Of a stretch of 64,000 nt of DNA, positions 18,801 to 28,762 are shown one piece after another. The stretch is from Sulfolobales archaeon (lineage in GTDB: Archaea; Thermoproteota; Thermoprotei_A; Sulfolobales; NBVN01): positions 1 through 64,000 of the forward strand of contig JAWBTQ010000004.1 in NCBI GenBank assembly GCA_038841535.1. Reading direction: 5' to 3'. The notes under the pieces are model-generated. The model searched no databases, was not told where the DNA came from, and was given only the letters and a program-made list of their open reading frames with translations. The position numbers and the translations under genes are program-made. Position 1 is the stretch's first letter. Every line of letters begins with the position of its first letter.

Positions 18801-19976
18801 CTAATCTCCCTCCTTAGTCTCCTTACTGAGTAGGTCTGTTTTTAGTTTAGGTTCAACTGCTTTAGCGGCTCCTTCGACCTTAGTAAACCTATGCTTTAGC
18901 TTTTCCAGAACTTCAGGTAAGGTAGTGTACTCCATTTCCTCTGGTCCAAGCCTATGCGGCATGAATGGTCCATGTCTCCTCACATAGTCAGCTATTGTCT
19001 GAGCTAACCTCCTGGTTTCGTCGAAAGCAGGATCGTCAAAGAGATCTACTGGGCCTATCAGCTTAGAGTTCTTAACTTGGAATCCTAAGCCTACTAGCCT
19101 TGGTGGTCCATCAAACCTAGTGCATCTAGAGTATCTCTGCGGTACGGGCATGAGGGGACCGTGGTGAGATCCCCTCATCCACCCAGCTACTAAGTGTGGA
19201 AGTGCGAATGCTTCTAGTATCTCACCGATCGCTGGGAAACCTGCTTGAGCTCTAACTACTGCGACTGGGTCGTCTTTACCGACGTATCTCCCGGCTATTA
19301 GGCTTAATCTCTCTACACTGACTGTTGCAGCAATTTCATCATCTAACCTTCTATAGACTCTTCTCACAATATATCTCCCAGGAGTTCCAATCAGCGCCAA
19401 AATGTCGTATATTTCCTCTGGGGAGTTCAGTAGGACAGACCTACCTTCGAATACATCGTATACCTCAAACTTAAACCCAGCATGAAGCTTTGGGTCGATG
19501 ACTAAACCAGCAGTATTAAACGGGTCAGCGAAAATTCTGAACATCGGCAAGTTGAAGGCCCCCGGCTCAGTCTTGTCCGCCATAAACACAGCTACTGGTT
19601 CGGACGGCCTCTCGTAGAACTCCATTTCGGCGACACCAGGTCCTAACCCGCGCACGTTACCTGAGAACGCATCACTTAGTAAGTCCTGACCCGCTGCGTA
19701 AAGACCTAGTTCTCTAGCAACCTTAGCCGCCTCTCTAAACGCAGTCCACGCTAATTCGTGAACTTCGGGTGAGTCAACTCCCTTCCTATGAGTCATTATG
19801 AGCTCGAGGTCATCACCTGCGTTAGTTACGTAGAAATCGAATATGACCCCCCTAGCTTTAGCTTCAGCAAGAACTCTAGTAGCAGTAGCAACAGTATCTG
19901 GGTGAACAACTACGTGTCCGGCAACTGAGCCTATGTCAGCTTTAATTACAGAAACCGTGGTCTTCACTTTCTCCAA
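18801..19976 (-). CDS. fbp: Bifunctional fructose-1,6-bisphosphate aldolase/phosphatase (class V)
   Basis: SVIKADIGS..GH, GQDLL.DAFSGN, YVGKDDP, GWMRGSH.GP. Confidence 0.96.
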   Translation of the reverse strand: MEKVKTTVSVIKADIGSVAGHVVVHPDTVATATRVLAEAKARGVIFDFYVTNAGDDLELIMTHRKGVDSPEVHELAWTAFREAAKVARELGLYAAGQDLLSDAFSGNVRGLGPGVAEMEFYERPSEPVAVFMADKTEPGAFNLPMFRIFADPFNTAGLVIDPKLHAGFKFEVYDVFEGRSVLLNSPEEIYDILALIGTPGRYIVRRVYRRLDDEIAATVSVERLSLIAGRYVGKDDPVAVVRAQAGFPAIGEILEAFALPHLVAGWMRGSHHGPLMPVPQRYSRCTRFDGPPRLVGLGFQVKNSKLIGPVDLFDDPAFDETRRLAQTIADYVRRHGPFMPHRLGPEEMEYTTLPEVLEKLKHRFTKVEGAAKAVEPKLKTDLLSKETKEGD

Positions 19977-20110
19977 ACTCTCACCGAGAATAGTAGAGAT
20001 GGAAACATATAAGGTGTTTTCATTGATTGGGCTTAAATTCGATAGCGATAGCAGCTAATTAGTAGCCGAGAATTATTATTACCTAGAAAACTCTATCTTT
20101 TGGTGGTCTC

Positions 20111-20431
20111 ATGTCTATACCTAGGTTTGAGCTGAAGAAAGCTGAAGACTATAAGACTCTTCATGCCAGCGGAGCTATCGTTACCTTAAATCCAAATGAG
20201 GCAACCATAATATTCTTCATTGAGAAACCGGTTCCAAGAGTTAATCCGGATGGCTCTATGGCTATTGAGACTGTTGAGCGAGAACTATTAGTTGAGATAA
20301 AACTGTCTCCAGTTGGAGTGAAGTCTCTTACACTTGCTCTACTTAATAACTTGCAGAGCTTCGAGAAAAGGTTCGGTGAAATAAAGATCCCCACAGCACT
20401 TGAGAAAAAAGAGCGTGAATTTAGTATATAG
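20111..20431 (+). CDS. DUF3467-like protein
   Basis: EIKLSP...K.L...L..NL..FEKRFGEI pattern. Confidence 0.65.
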   Translation: MSIPRFELKKAEDYKTLHASGAIVTLNPNEATIIFFIEKPVPRVNPDGSMAIETVERELLVEIKLSPVGVKSLTLALLNNLQSFEKRFGEIKIPTALEKKEREFSI

Positions 20432-20511
20432 TGACAAAGCGAGACACTTAATCGAGAAATACATTAAAAGGTTTAAATGTATAGATGACTACATATCGGA
20501 AAATCGACTAA

Positions 20512-20560
20512 GTGATGAGTGTGGCGGTCTCGGATAGGTGAAGACTTAGGAGCCCCCTGA
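20512..20560 (+). ncRNA. C/D box methylation-guide sRNA
   Basis: C GTGATGA, 12-nt guide, D' CGGA, C' GTGAAGA, 12-nt guide, D CTGA; TTTAAA upstream. Confidence 0.85.
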
Positions 20561-20787
20561 TCAAATCACGCTACTCTAGCTACGCACGGAAGCTTGCAGT
20601 TTAGTAGAGCGCTAAAGCCATGAGCTCCATATAAATGCTTATAGCGAATTAATGCGAGTAAGAACATAGAGGGTAAATACTTCTTCTGTATCTTTCCAGC
20701 ACTAGTCTTCCTACTTAAAACATCCATTATTTATTCTCTTTTATGATATCTATGTGTCGCATATATGCGTTCGAGTCCAGGATTGTG

Positions 20788-20895
20788 ATGTTTGGTGGTG
20801 ATAAACCAACAATACCGGAGTCGGGTAAGGAAAAAGAGAAACTACTAAAACACCATGGAAACGGAATCAAGGTAACGGTATTGGTGGAAGAATAA
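20788..20895 (+). pseudogene. 35-aa remnant of a small crenarchaeal AbrB-like protein
   Basis: IP..KEKLLKHHG..IKV.VLVEE resembles the C-terminus of such proteins; recognised from memory only. Confidence 0.3.
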
Positions 20896-20995
20896 AGACA
20901 TATTCACAGTTATTTAGAAATGACCACAGAGAACATCAAATACTAAACAGGCTTTCTAAGCTAAGAGGTAACTTAAAAATACGAGAATGCGTGAT

Positions 20996-23900
20996 TTAGA
21001 AGGTCTCCTCCGCTGTTACCAGTCTCTCTGCTAGTTTAGTTCTCAACTTTAAGGCTATTATAACTACTGCGATGGCTACGACTGCGAGTGCGATGATGTG
21101 TGCGAACCTGCCAACTAGGGTTATTAGAGTTGGTCTTAATCTTGGTGTTAAGGTGCTGTCTCTATCTAGGTAAACCATGTCCGCGTACTCTTGATAACCT
21201 CCTTTCATAACCCTTACTGATGTGGCTCCAGCAGGTATGCTAATCCTAGCTTCACCATTTTCATCAGTATAGACTGACGATATCTCCAGTCCAGTACTTG
21301 GGTCAAGAGCCTGTATGTATACGTTACTTAGTCTTTCCTCAAGATCGTTTACTACTATCACTACAAGCGTATATAGCCTCCTGTTCAGTCTAATAGTGTG
21401 GCTAACATCAGAGAACACGTTAATGATTATCGGTGATGGTGCCGCATAAACCTTTTCAGTAACATCTGCGGGTGTTATCGTCAGCAAGTACTTACCGTAA
21501 GGTATGGATACGTTGAAACCTCGTGATGCTGTAGGTCCATCAACTACTAAAGTCGCTGTTGTATTTAGACTGACCCTAAACTTCCCCTCTAGGTATCCGC
21601 GGGCACTAATATCAGTGAACTTCAGGGTTAGAGTATAGTTCTGTCTAACAATATCAAGTATCAGCCTACTATTCGATAGCAAACTAAGAGTTTTCTCGAG
21701 AGGAATATAGCTGTTCGGATGTTCCTCGATGGGTTCTACACTAACGACATAGTTTGCTGCCCTTAGTGGAAGCGATATGACTGGTGCGACCGTTGTCGAG
21801 TAGAGGCTGCCGTTAATTAAGACTTTTAATGGTACTACGGGCTTCTCAGAGTACTTATCTCTGAAAACAATTTCGAGAACATATACTTTTCTAAATACTA
21901 GTACCGGCACCTTTATGTCAGAGCTAAGAGTGAGCTCAGCAACACCAGCTGAGTAGATGTTGGCGTGCTCCTCTAGTGGGATTACTTCAATGGAGTAGTA
22001 GGCATACAGTAGACTAAAGACTTTCGGTAATAGACCTCTGTATGCTTCAGTTCCATTGATGTATACCGACGCTCTAATAGGAACTTCTAGTCTGGTGAGC
22101 TCGTCGAGAGCTGATACAGTGAGGCTGTACATTACTCTACTAATAACGACATCTAAGGTGGCACTTCTATTGACTACCGCTATGAAGGAGTGCTTGCTGT
22201 ATATATCGCTCACCTCTTTTGACGGAATAACGGTAACGTTGATTGCCCCTGCCGGGACAGTTACTGAGAGAACGGATTCTTGGTTCGGATAGTGCACTGA
22301 ACCATTGATGTAAACAACTAGGCGAGGTTCTACCGCTCGCTTAGTTAACCCATCAATAAATAGCATCGTCAGGTTATACCTTACCCTCCTAAGCACTAGG
22401 GTTACCTCCTTATTTGTCTCTATCTTAACCTGGGTGCTGTAAGTTAGGTAGTACTGATCAAGTGATTCTATGAGAATTTCGTGATAGCCGTAAAGTAGCC
22501 TCAAGCTTAACCCTTCTGGTGCCCTATAGCTGTAAACCTTTCCGTCTATAGCAACATTTAGCCTCCCAAGTAGGGAGCCTCCGAATTCGTCTCTTAGAAT
22601 TAGGTTAAAAGAAAAGTCTCTGTATTTTAGATTTGCTGGGATTATTATGTTCTGGCATTTTTCCTCACAGTACTGGACGTCAACCACAGTGGTGTAATTG
22701 CATATATAGTCCTTCGGTGGTATTACGGATACAGAGTACCTCATACCAGGAACTATATTCGTGAACTCCACATCTCCTCGTGTAAATATCTTAGTTATTT
22801 CCTTCTTTATACCTCCAATTTCGTATTCTAGAATCACTCTCGAACCATTAACCTGTTCTTGAGGAGCAGGTGGTAGTACCCTAACGAATAGCGATGGTGC
22901 TAAATAATCACTCAAGTTTACCGGGGAAGGCGATGCTATAGCTAGACCCAGGTTCATAACTACATAAAGCTTAGATGGTGTTACCAAAGCTAGCAGCCCG
23001 GCCCCAGGTAGTGATGAGGCTGAAACCAATCCCTCGACTGAGAACTCAGCTTGAAAACCGACTCTCAGTATTGGTAGCTGGTATGGTGTAAGAGTTACAA
23101 CCTGCACACCTCTAGTGGAGAAAGTAAAGTAAGATGAGTCAGACACCGGCAGCATCCTCACTAAGGAACCTAGGGTGACTATTGATTGAGCAAAATCGTA
23201 GCTGTTCCTTAAGCTATCGAACCTGTAATGCTTAACTCTGCCATCCGAGAACCCCACGACTATATTGTCTCTAGAGTACGCTATTATGTCTACTATAGAT
23301 ACCGGTGACATTCCTAGGTATTCCGTACCAGCGGAGGTGGAGGGTCTTAAGCTAAACGTGTAATCGAGGTTGTAGAGCTCCATGGAAGTCTTATTCATTA
23401 TGGCAATTATGTAGCCTCCTCCATAATCGATAAAGTGAGGTAAAGCTACGGTTGGATAAAACTCCTTATCGAGAGACTTTATAACTCTATAGCCTGCTGG
23501 AGCGTTTGTGGTGTCTAGAAAGTCTATGTAGTATTTAGCAAAGAATGGTATTCCGTATACCTCCTCTGCTAATTCCGTAGAGGCCCTTTCCGGTATGGTT
23601 ACTTCGACTCTAAATTTCTTTGCTATAGCCGACGTATTGATGTTCTCTCTTACCAGAAATCTCCTAGCTGTCCCGATTACTGTTATGTTGGCTAGGTAGC
23701 CCCTAGGTACTGGAATAAGAGCTTTACCATTACTATCGGTATTCCAACCATAAACCCTTCTTACCTTAGTGACAGGGTCTCGTAGTGATACCTCGATTAG
23801 AGCTCCCCCAGCCGGCTCAATCAGAGTTGCGTTAACAGCGTGACTCACGTTTAATTCCGCGATCACCGTGTCTACATAAGGTGCCCAAAAGAGGGCTACG

Positions 23901-24574
23901 CTGTCTGCCCTATAGTAGTAGCCGTCGGGAGTGTAGAGCCTAGCTGGAACAGCGACTTGAGGGTAAACACGCTTATAGTAAGTAGTTGCAGTAGTAATCG
24001 TGTGAGGAGAAATTACGAAAGCCCCTAAGAGGTCCTCATCGAAGATATACACGTAGCAGTTAGTGCATAAACCTGTTGGAAGTCCTTCACTTACTGTTGC
24101 TATTATCTTATATCTACCGGCAGCTCTAGCTACAAAGAGGTTAAGGACTCTAAAGTCAGCACCCTGTATAAGGTGTAGTAGCTGATAAAGTCTTCCCCTA
24201 TCAATCTTGAAGAGGTATATCTCACCTCTATCACTACCTACTGCGAATCGAGTTGGCGGATAGCCGTCTACAGCTGTAGTTGTTACTTTACCAGCTAAGG
24301 GATAGGATTGCACTATCCTCGGTCCTTCTATGGGGTCCTCCAAGCTAACTACAACGACAGCTGAGTGCTCCCTATAACTTACTACTAATACTAAGTGGGT
24401 AGTGTTTAGAGCTAAGACGTCGACTATTGTGAAGTTGAAATCATATTTTAAAACTATCGGGTGTGGAATATCTGCGTACCTGATAGCGGGCGAGGCCTCG
24501 GGTGTAATTACTGGTGCCACTGTTCCAACTAAAGCTAGAATTAGTAGTACTACCGAGTACTTAAACCATACCAC
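20996..24574 (-). CDS. Large membrane-anchored surface protein/adhesin (beta-propeller-like head, tandem prealbumin-like domains)
   Basis: Signal peptide, about six ~80-aa beta repeats (R..Y.L...D...(Y/L)INGS), many N-x-S/T sequons, C-terminal TM helix with basic tail, GGAGGTG SD. Confidence 0.8.
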   Translation of the reverse strand: MVWFKYSVVLLILALVGTVAPVITPEASPAIRYADIPHPIVLKYDFNFTIVDVLALNTTHLVLVVSYREHSAVVVVSLEDPIEGPRIVQSYPLAGKVTTTAVDGYPPTRFAVGSDRGEIYLFKIDRGRLYQLLHLIQGADFRVLNLFVARAAGRYKIIATVSEGLPTGLCTNCYVYIFDEDLLGAFVISPHTITTATTYYKRVYPQVAVPARLYTPDGYYYRADSVALFWAPYVDTVIAELNVSHAVNATLIEPAGGALIEVSLRDPVTKVRRVYGWNTDSNGKALIPVPRGYLANITVIGTARRFLVRENINTSAIAKKFRVEVTIPERASTELAEEVYGIPFFAKYYIDFLDTTNAPAGYRVIKSLDKEFYPTVALPHFIDYGGGYIIAIMNKTSMELYNLDYTFSLRPSTSAGTEYLGMSPVSIVDIIAYSRDNIVVGFSDGRVKHYRFDSLRNSYDFAQSIVTLGSLVRMLPVSDSSYFTFSTRGVQVVTLTPYQLPILRVGFQAEFSVEGLVSASSLPGAGLLALVTPSKLYVVMNLGLAIASPSPVNLSDYLAPSLFVRVLPPAPQEQVNGSRVILEYEIGGIKKEITKIFTRGDVEFTNIVPGMRYSVSVIPPKDYICNYTTVVDVQYCEEKCQNIIIPANLKYRDFSFNLILRDEFGGSLLGRLNVAIDGKVYSYRAPEGLSLRLLYGYHEILIESLDQYYLTYSTQVKIETNKEVTLVLRRVRYNLTMLFIDGLTKRAVEPRLVVYINGSVHYPNQESVLSVTVPAGAINVTVIPSKEVSDIYSKHSFIAVVNRSATLDVVISRVMYSLTVSALDELTRLEVPIRASVYINGTEAYRGLLPKVFSLLYAYYSIEVIPLEEHANIYSAGVAELTLSSDIKVPVLVFRKVYVLEIVFRDKYSEKPVVPLKVLINGSLYSTTVAPVISLPLRAANYVVSVEPIEEHPNSYIPLEKTLSLLSNSRLILDIVRQNYTLTLKFTDISARGYLEGKFRVSLNTTATLVVDGPTASRGFNVSIPYGKYLLTITPADVTEKVYAAPSPIIINVFSDVSHTIRLNRRLYTLVVIVVNDLEERLSNVYIQALDPSTGLEISSVYTDENGEARISIPAGATSVRVMKGGYQEYADMVYLDRDSTLTPRLRPTLITLVGRFAHIIALAVVAIAVVIIALKLRTKLAERLVTAEETF

Positions 24575-24645
24575 GCGCTACACCTCCTAAAATTTATCTA
24601 ACGGATATTTATTGGCAAATAACAAATCTACGGGGGCACTATTAG

Positions 24646-26262
24646 GTGAAGTTGAAACTACCTAAGCTTTTGGTGAAGAAGAGTTCAGAAGGTAAAGATA
24701 AGGATGTAACAGACTCTATAGTAGATGTTGAGCCGGTTAAACCGATAGTGAGCCCGGAAAGGCTCAGACTATCAGTGGTTCGCGGAGATGCTAAGCTTCT
24801 TGAGACTTACGCGCTCTATGAGCCATGGGCCTACGCTTACATAACAGAGGACTTAGCTACTGGCACTATAAACTACGTAGTATACGAGATAGGTCTGACT
24901 CCCCAAGAGGAGTCCGTCTACAAGAATATCGTGGACTACATAATGTGGGAGCTAGAGCCGCCCAAGATCCCCATAGAGGACGTAAGGGAGTATATCTCTA
25001 GGTTTGCTAGGAGGGCTATAAGGCTTTTTCAGCTTAGACTCGGGAGAACGCCTGGTTTATCGTGGAGTAAGATAGGATACTACATAGAGAGAAATATTAT
25101 TGGGTACGGTCCTATAGATCCCCTAATGAGGGACCCTAGTATCGAGGATATATCTTGTAACGGTCCAGGAATCCCAGTCTATGTTTGGCACAGAAGGTAT
25201 GAGTACCTGCCGACATCAGTAGTTTTCAGAACTTCGCAAGAGCTAGACGAGTTCGTAGTGAAACTAGCACACCTCGCTGGTAAACATATCTCAGTTGCTT
25301 ACCCAGTTTTGGATGCTATAATACCCGGAGGACATAGAGTGGCAGCAACTTTTCAGAAAGAGATTAGCACTAAGGGTTCAACGTTCACTATAAGAAAGTT
25401 TAAGGAAGACCCGATAACGATAGTAGACCTTGTAAACTATGGTACTATATCGCCCGAGATAGCGGCGTACTTCTGGCTTGCAATGGACTTTAAGATGACG
25501 ACCCTCATCCTGGGTGTGACAGGTGCGGGTAAAACCTCAACTCTGAACGCTCTAGCCAATCTTCTCAGGCCTACCTACAAAATCGTCACGATAGAGGACA
25601 CTCCGGAGCTTAGGTTACCTCAGGAGAACTGGGTTCAGCTAACAGGTAGACCCTCATACCTTGTCTCCGGAGTTTCCGAAATAAAGCTCTACGATTTGGT
25701 CAAGATATCCCTTAGGTATAGACCTGACGTAGTTATAGTTGGTGAGGTTAGAGGTGAGGAGGCCTACGTACTCTTTCAAGCAATAGCTACTGGACACAGC
25801 GGAATAACTACACTACACGCAGAGGATATAGATGCTGCGGTGAAGAGGCTTACGTCCCCACCTATGAACATACCTAATGCTTACATACCTTTAGTCAACA
25901 TGGCGTTAGTAATAAAGCGAGTAACTAAGCTTGATGAAACCGGAAGGCCTAGACCCGTAAGAAGGATCACAGCTATATGGGAAATAGAAGACTACAGTAA
26001 GTACAAGGAGCTAGCTTCTTGGGACCCGGTAAGGGATAGGTTTAAAGTGAACCTTAAGGAGTCACTTATTGTGGAGAGAATAGCAAGGATGAAGGGTCTT
26101 GACGTCGGAGAGGTTGTAGAAGATATAATAAAGAGAAAGTCCATACTCGACTACCTAGTGGCCACCGGGAGGAGATCGTATAAGGAGATAGCTACATACG
26201 TTTACAACTACTACCATAAACCTGGAGAGGTGCTTAAAGAAATTGGCTTCAAAGAAGGGTAA
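24646..26262 (+). CDS. Type IV pilus assembly ATPase (TadA/VirB11-like)
   Basis: IEDISCNG, TIRKF, Walker A GVTGAGKT, IEDTPEL, RYRPD...VGEVRG.EA, TGH. Confidence 0.93.
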   Translation: MKLKLPKLLVKKSSEGKDKDVTDSIVDVEPVKPIVSPERLRLSVVRGDAKLLETYALYEPWAYAYITEDLATGTINYVVYEIGLTPQEESVYKNIVDYIMWELEPPKIPIEDVREYISRFARRAIRLFQLRLGRTPGLSWSKIGYYIERNIIGYGPIDPLMRDPSIEDISCNGPGIPVYVWHRRYEYLPTSVVFRTSQELDEFVVKLAHLAGKHISVAYPVLDAIIPGGHRVAATFQKEISTKGSTFTIRKFKEDPITIVDLVNYGTISPEIAAYFWLAMDFKMTTLILGVTGAGKTSTLNALANLLRPTYKIVTIEDTPELRLPQENWVQLTGRPSYLVSGVSEIKLYDLVKISLRYRPDVVIVGEVRGEEAYVLFQAIATGHSGITTLHAEDIDAAVKRLTSPPMNIPNAYIPLVNMALVIKRVTKLDETGRPRPVRRITAIWEIEDYSKYKELASWDPVRDRFKVNLKESLIVERIARMKGLDVGEVVEDIIKRKSILDYLVATGRRSYKEIATYVYNYYHKPGEVLKEIGFKEG

Positions 26263-28015
26263 GCCTACCTACAGTCTCTCCGAAGCTTATACAGCACTAG
26301 CTCTCGTACTCTTTGAGAAAGCAGCGAGAAAAATGTCCGAGGTATTTCAGCTAGATACAGTATTTAGGCGTGCTGCTATAACGTCACATCCTGTAGCCTA
26401 CTCAGCGAAGATAGTTCTAAACACCACAATATCTGCTGTTGCTATAAGTGTCCCATTACTTATTACGGCTATAACTATGAACCTACCAATAGTTGTTAGA
26501 GTAATATCCGCTATGGTGGCTATAATAGTCCCTATAATCGTACTTGCCTTCGGATTCGCCTATCCGTACCTAAAGGTCTCATCCAGGAATACCTCTGTCT
26601 CGAACGAGCTTCCCTTCTTTCTTGTTTATGCTGCGACTCTATTTAGAGGTGGAGTAAGTCTTGAAAAAGTTATGGAGAGAGTGGCAAGCCTCAAGTTGTT
26701 TGTGGGCATGAGGGCGGAAGCGCAAAGGGTTTTAGCTAGATATAAGTTCTTCGGCGAGGATCCTGTAACAGCTATAGAGAAGGTGGCTATAGACCACCCG
26801 AACAGCAGGTTTAGAGACGTTATCTTAGGGTACACGACGACATTAAAGACTGGGGGTGACGTTCTTCACTATCTACAGATAAGAACGGAAGAAATACTTA
26901 ATAACAGAATGAACGATATTAGAGCTCTAGTCAGCAGACTAGCTTCGTACTTGGAGGCGTATATAGTATTCGGTGTAGTAGTATCCTTAACAGTCTTTGT
27001 CTTATTTGCCTCTATGGGGGCGGTGGGACTCGCAGCAGGTGGAGCAACTATAGCTCTTCCAGTAGGGTTATCTACAGACACCACATTCCCCACTCTTTAC
27101 AACTTCGTAGTTGTCCCAGCAATAGGAATGCTTGTTCTGTTTGCTATATACAGCACAATACCGCGAACACCCATAGGCATGAGGGAGCCCTTGCTACTCC
27201 TGCTAATCACTCTACCTATAGGGGCTATAATTGGAGTTGCTACAGCACTCACACTATCTCCCAGGCTGATTGGTGGTATCGCGAATGGCAAGGATCTAGC
27301 GTCACTACTTATTGGGTTAGCCGTATTCACTATAGTAGCTTTTACTCCACCGGCAGTGGATTACTTCAGGATATCAAGGAAGCAGAGAGGATTAGTGAGG
27401 AATACAGCGTCGTTCCTAAGAGACCTAAGTGAGACACGAAAAACCGGTTTAAGTCCTGAGAGATGCATCATAAACCTTTCGGCGAGACCCTATGGGGCAC
27501 TATCTCCTGTAATAAGGAAAGCAGCTGCTGCTCTCTACTCTGGCATGTCTGTCGATATCGCTGTTAGAAAAGCCTTAACAGGGGTCCGGGACTGGTTTAC
27601 TCTAGTAGTGTTTAGGTTCTTAGTGGACTCGATATCGGTAGGTGGAGGTTCACCAGAAATAGTGGACTCTCTTGCTAGGTTCACGACAGTTCTCGCGGAG
27701 TCCGAGATAGAGCTTAGGAGAAGGTTGAGGGCTTACGTATTATTACCCTATTTTGGGTCAATTCTACTTGCTTCAGCACCAGTTATAATACTGTGGATGC
27801 TCACCTCTTTCGTAGGAACAGTGCAACCCGCGAGCTTGATTCCCATAGTAACGTCTTTAACTATGGGCTCGTACATTAATTCCATGATTATGGGCTTAAT
27901 AGCAGGTATTACATCAGAGCAGGTCGTATGTGCTGGCTTTAAGCACATAATAGCCATGACGCTAGTGTCCATATCTACAACCATAGTCACTCTATACTAT
28001 ATAGGGGTAGTGTAG
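26243..28015 (+). CDS. Type IV pilus platform membrane protein (TadC/T2SSF, two domains)
   Basis: NELPFF..Y, FLRDLSE..KTG, multiple TM helices; follows the ATPase. Confidence 0.9.
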   Translation: MASKKGKPTYSLSEAYTALALVLFEKAARKMSEVFQLDTVFRRAAITSHPVAYSAKIVLNTTISAVAISVPLLITAITMNLPIVVRVISAMVAIIVPIIVLAFGFAYPYLKVSSRNTSVSNELPFFLVYAATLFRGGVSLEKVMERVASLKLFVGMRAEAQRVLARYKFFGEDPVTAIEKVAIDHPNSRFRDVILGYTTTLKTGGDVLHYLQIRTEEILNNRMNDIRALVSRLASYLEAYIVFGVVVSLTVFVLFASMGAVGLAAGGATIALPVGLSTDTTFPTLYNFVVVPAIGMLVLFAIYSTIPRTPIGMREPLLLLLITLPIGAIIGVATALTLSPRLIGGIANGKDLASLLIGLAVFTIVAFTPPAVDYFRISRKQRGLVRNTASFLRDLSETRKTGLSPERCIINLSARPYGALSPVIRKAAAALYSGMSVDIAVRKALTGVRDWFTLVVFRFLVDSISVGGGSPEIVDSLARFTTVLAESEIELRRRLRAYVLLPYFGSILLASAPVIILWMLTSFVGTVQPASLIPIVTSLTMGSYINSMIMGLIAGITSEQVVCAGFKHIIAMTLVSISTTIVTLYYIGVV

Positions 28016-28016
28016 C

Positions 28017-28520
28017 ATGGTCGGAAGATATTCTCTCAGAAAGTTTAGACGCGGGATTTATCCATTGATTGTTAGGGTCCTATTAGTGGCTGTAGCCCTA
28101 GTCTTAATTTTAGCTATCGTAAGTTACATATATAGCTTAGTAATATCGACTAAAGAATACTTCGAGCTCAAACCACTACTGTATATAACCTATAGTGGGT
28201 TAAACCCTGTCCCAGTTCTCTCAATCTACGTTCATAATGATGGAGCCAGATCTGAGACCTTACTCAAGGTCGAGATTATGGCCGGTGGTGGCAGCTTTCT
28301 ATGTGTAAAAGAGGTGCTAATAGAAGCTGGTTTTCGAGGTTATATAGTAGTAATCGAACCTTCCGTAGACCAGCCAGTAGGTCCAGGCGATAAGTTAGTC
28401 AAGTGTGAGTGGGAGATTCAAGGAACTCCCGAGTTAGTGGGAGGAGACTTCTACATTGTGAAGCTTTACACGGCTCGTCACGGCATAATAACCCTCAACG
28501 TGTTATGTCGAGAAATTTAA
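28017..28520 (+). CDS. Archaeal type IV pilin-like protein
   Basis: Class III signal peptide KFRRG|IYPLI followed by a long hydrophobic helix. Confidence 0.75.
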   Translation: MVGRYSLRKFRRGIYPLIVRVLLVAVALVLILAIVSYIYSLVISTKEYFELKPLLYITYSGLNPVPVLSIYVHNDGARSETLLKVEIMAGGGSFLCVKEVLIEAGFRGYIVVIEPSVDQPVGPGDKLVKCEWEIQGTPELVGGDFYIVKLYTARHGIITLNVLCREI

Positions 28521-28762
28521 AGTTACCACACGGATAATGCTGCAGCGTGAGAAGCCAATTAATCGTGCGTGCTTGTCAGTGTTCGTATTCACACCATGTT
28601 GCGGTAGGAGTTTGTGAAGTATGTAGCAAAGGCATTGAAAGGGGATATGGAGGCGTACGACCGCTGTACGGTGAACTACGCTATGATGTAGAGTAGAGGG
28701 CTCTCCAGTGAAGAGGTTAGAGGTATTTAAGTTTAAGAGGCTAAGATTACTTCGGTGTGTTG

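Noticed and set aside
20770-20782. TTCGAGTCCAGGA shared with 43100-43112, resembling a tRNA T-loop
   Set aside because: No cloverleaf, the flanks do not align, and one 13-mer match in 64 kb is expected by chance.
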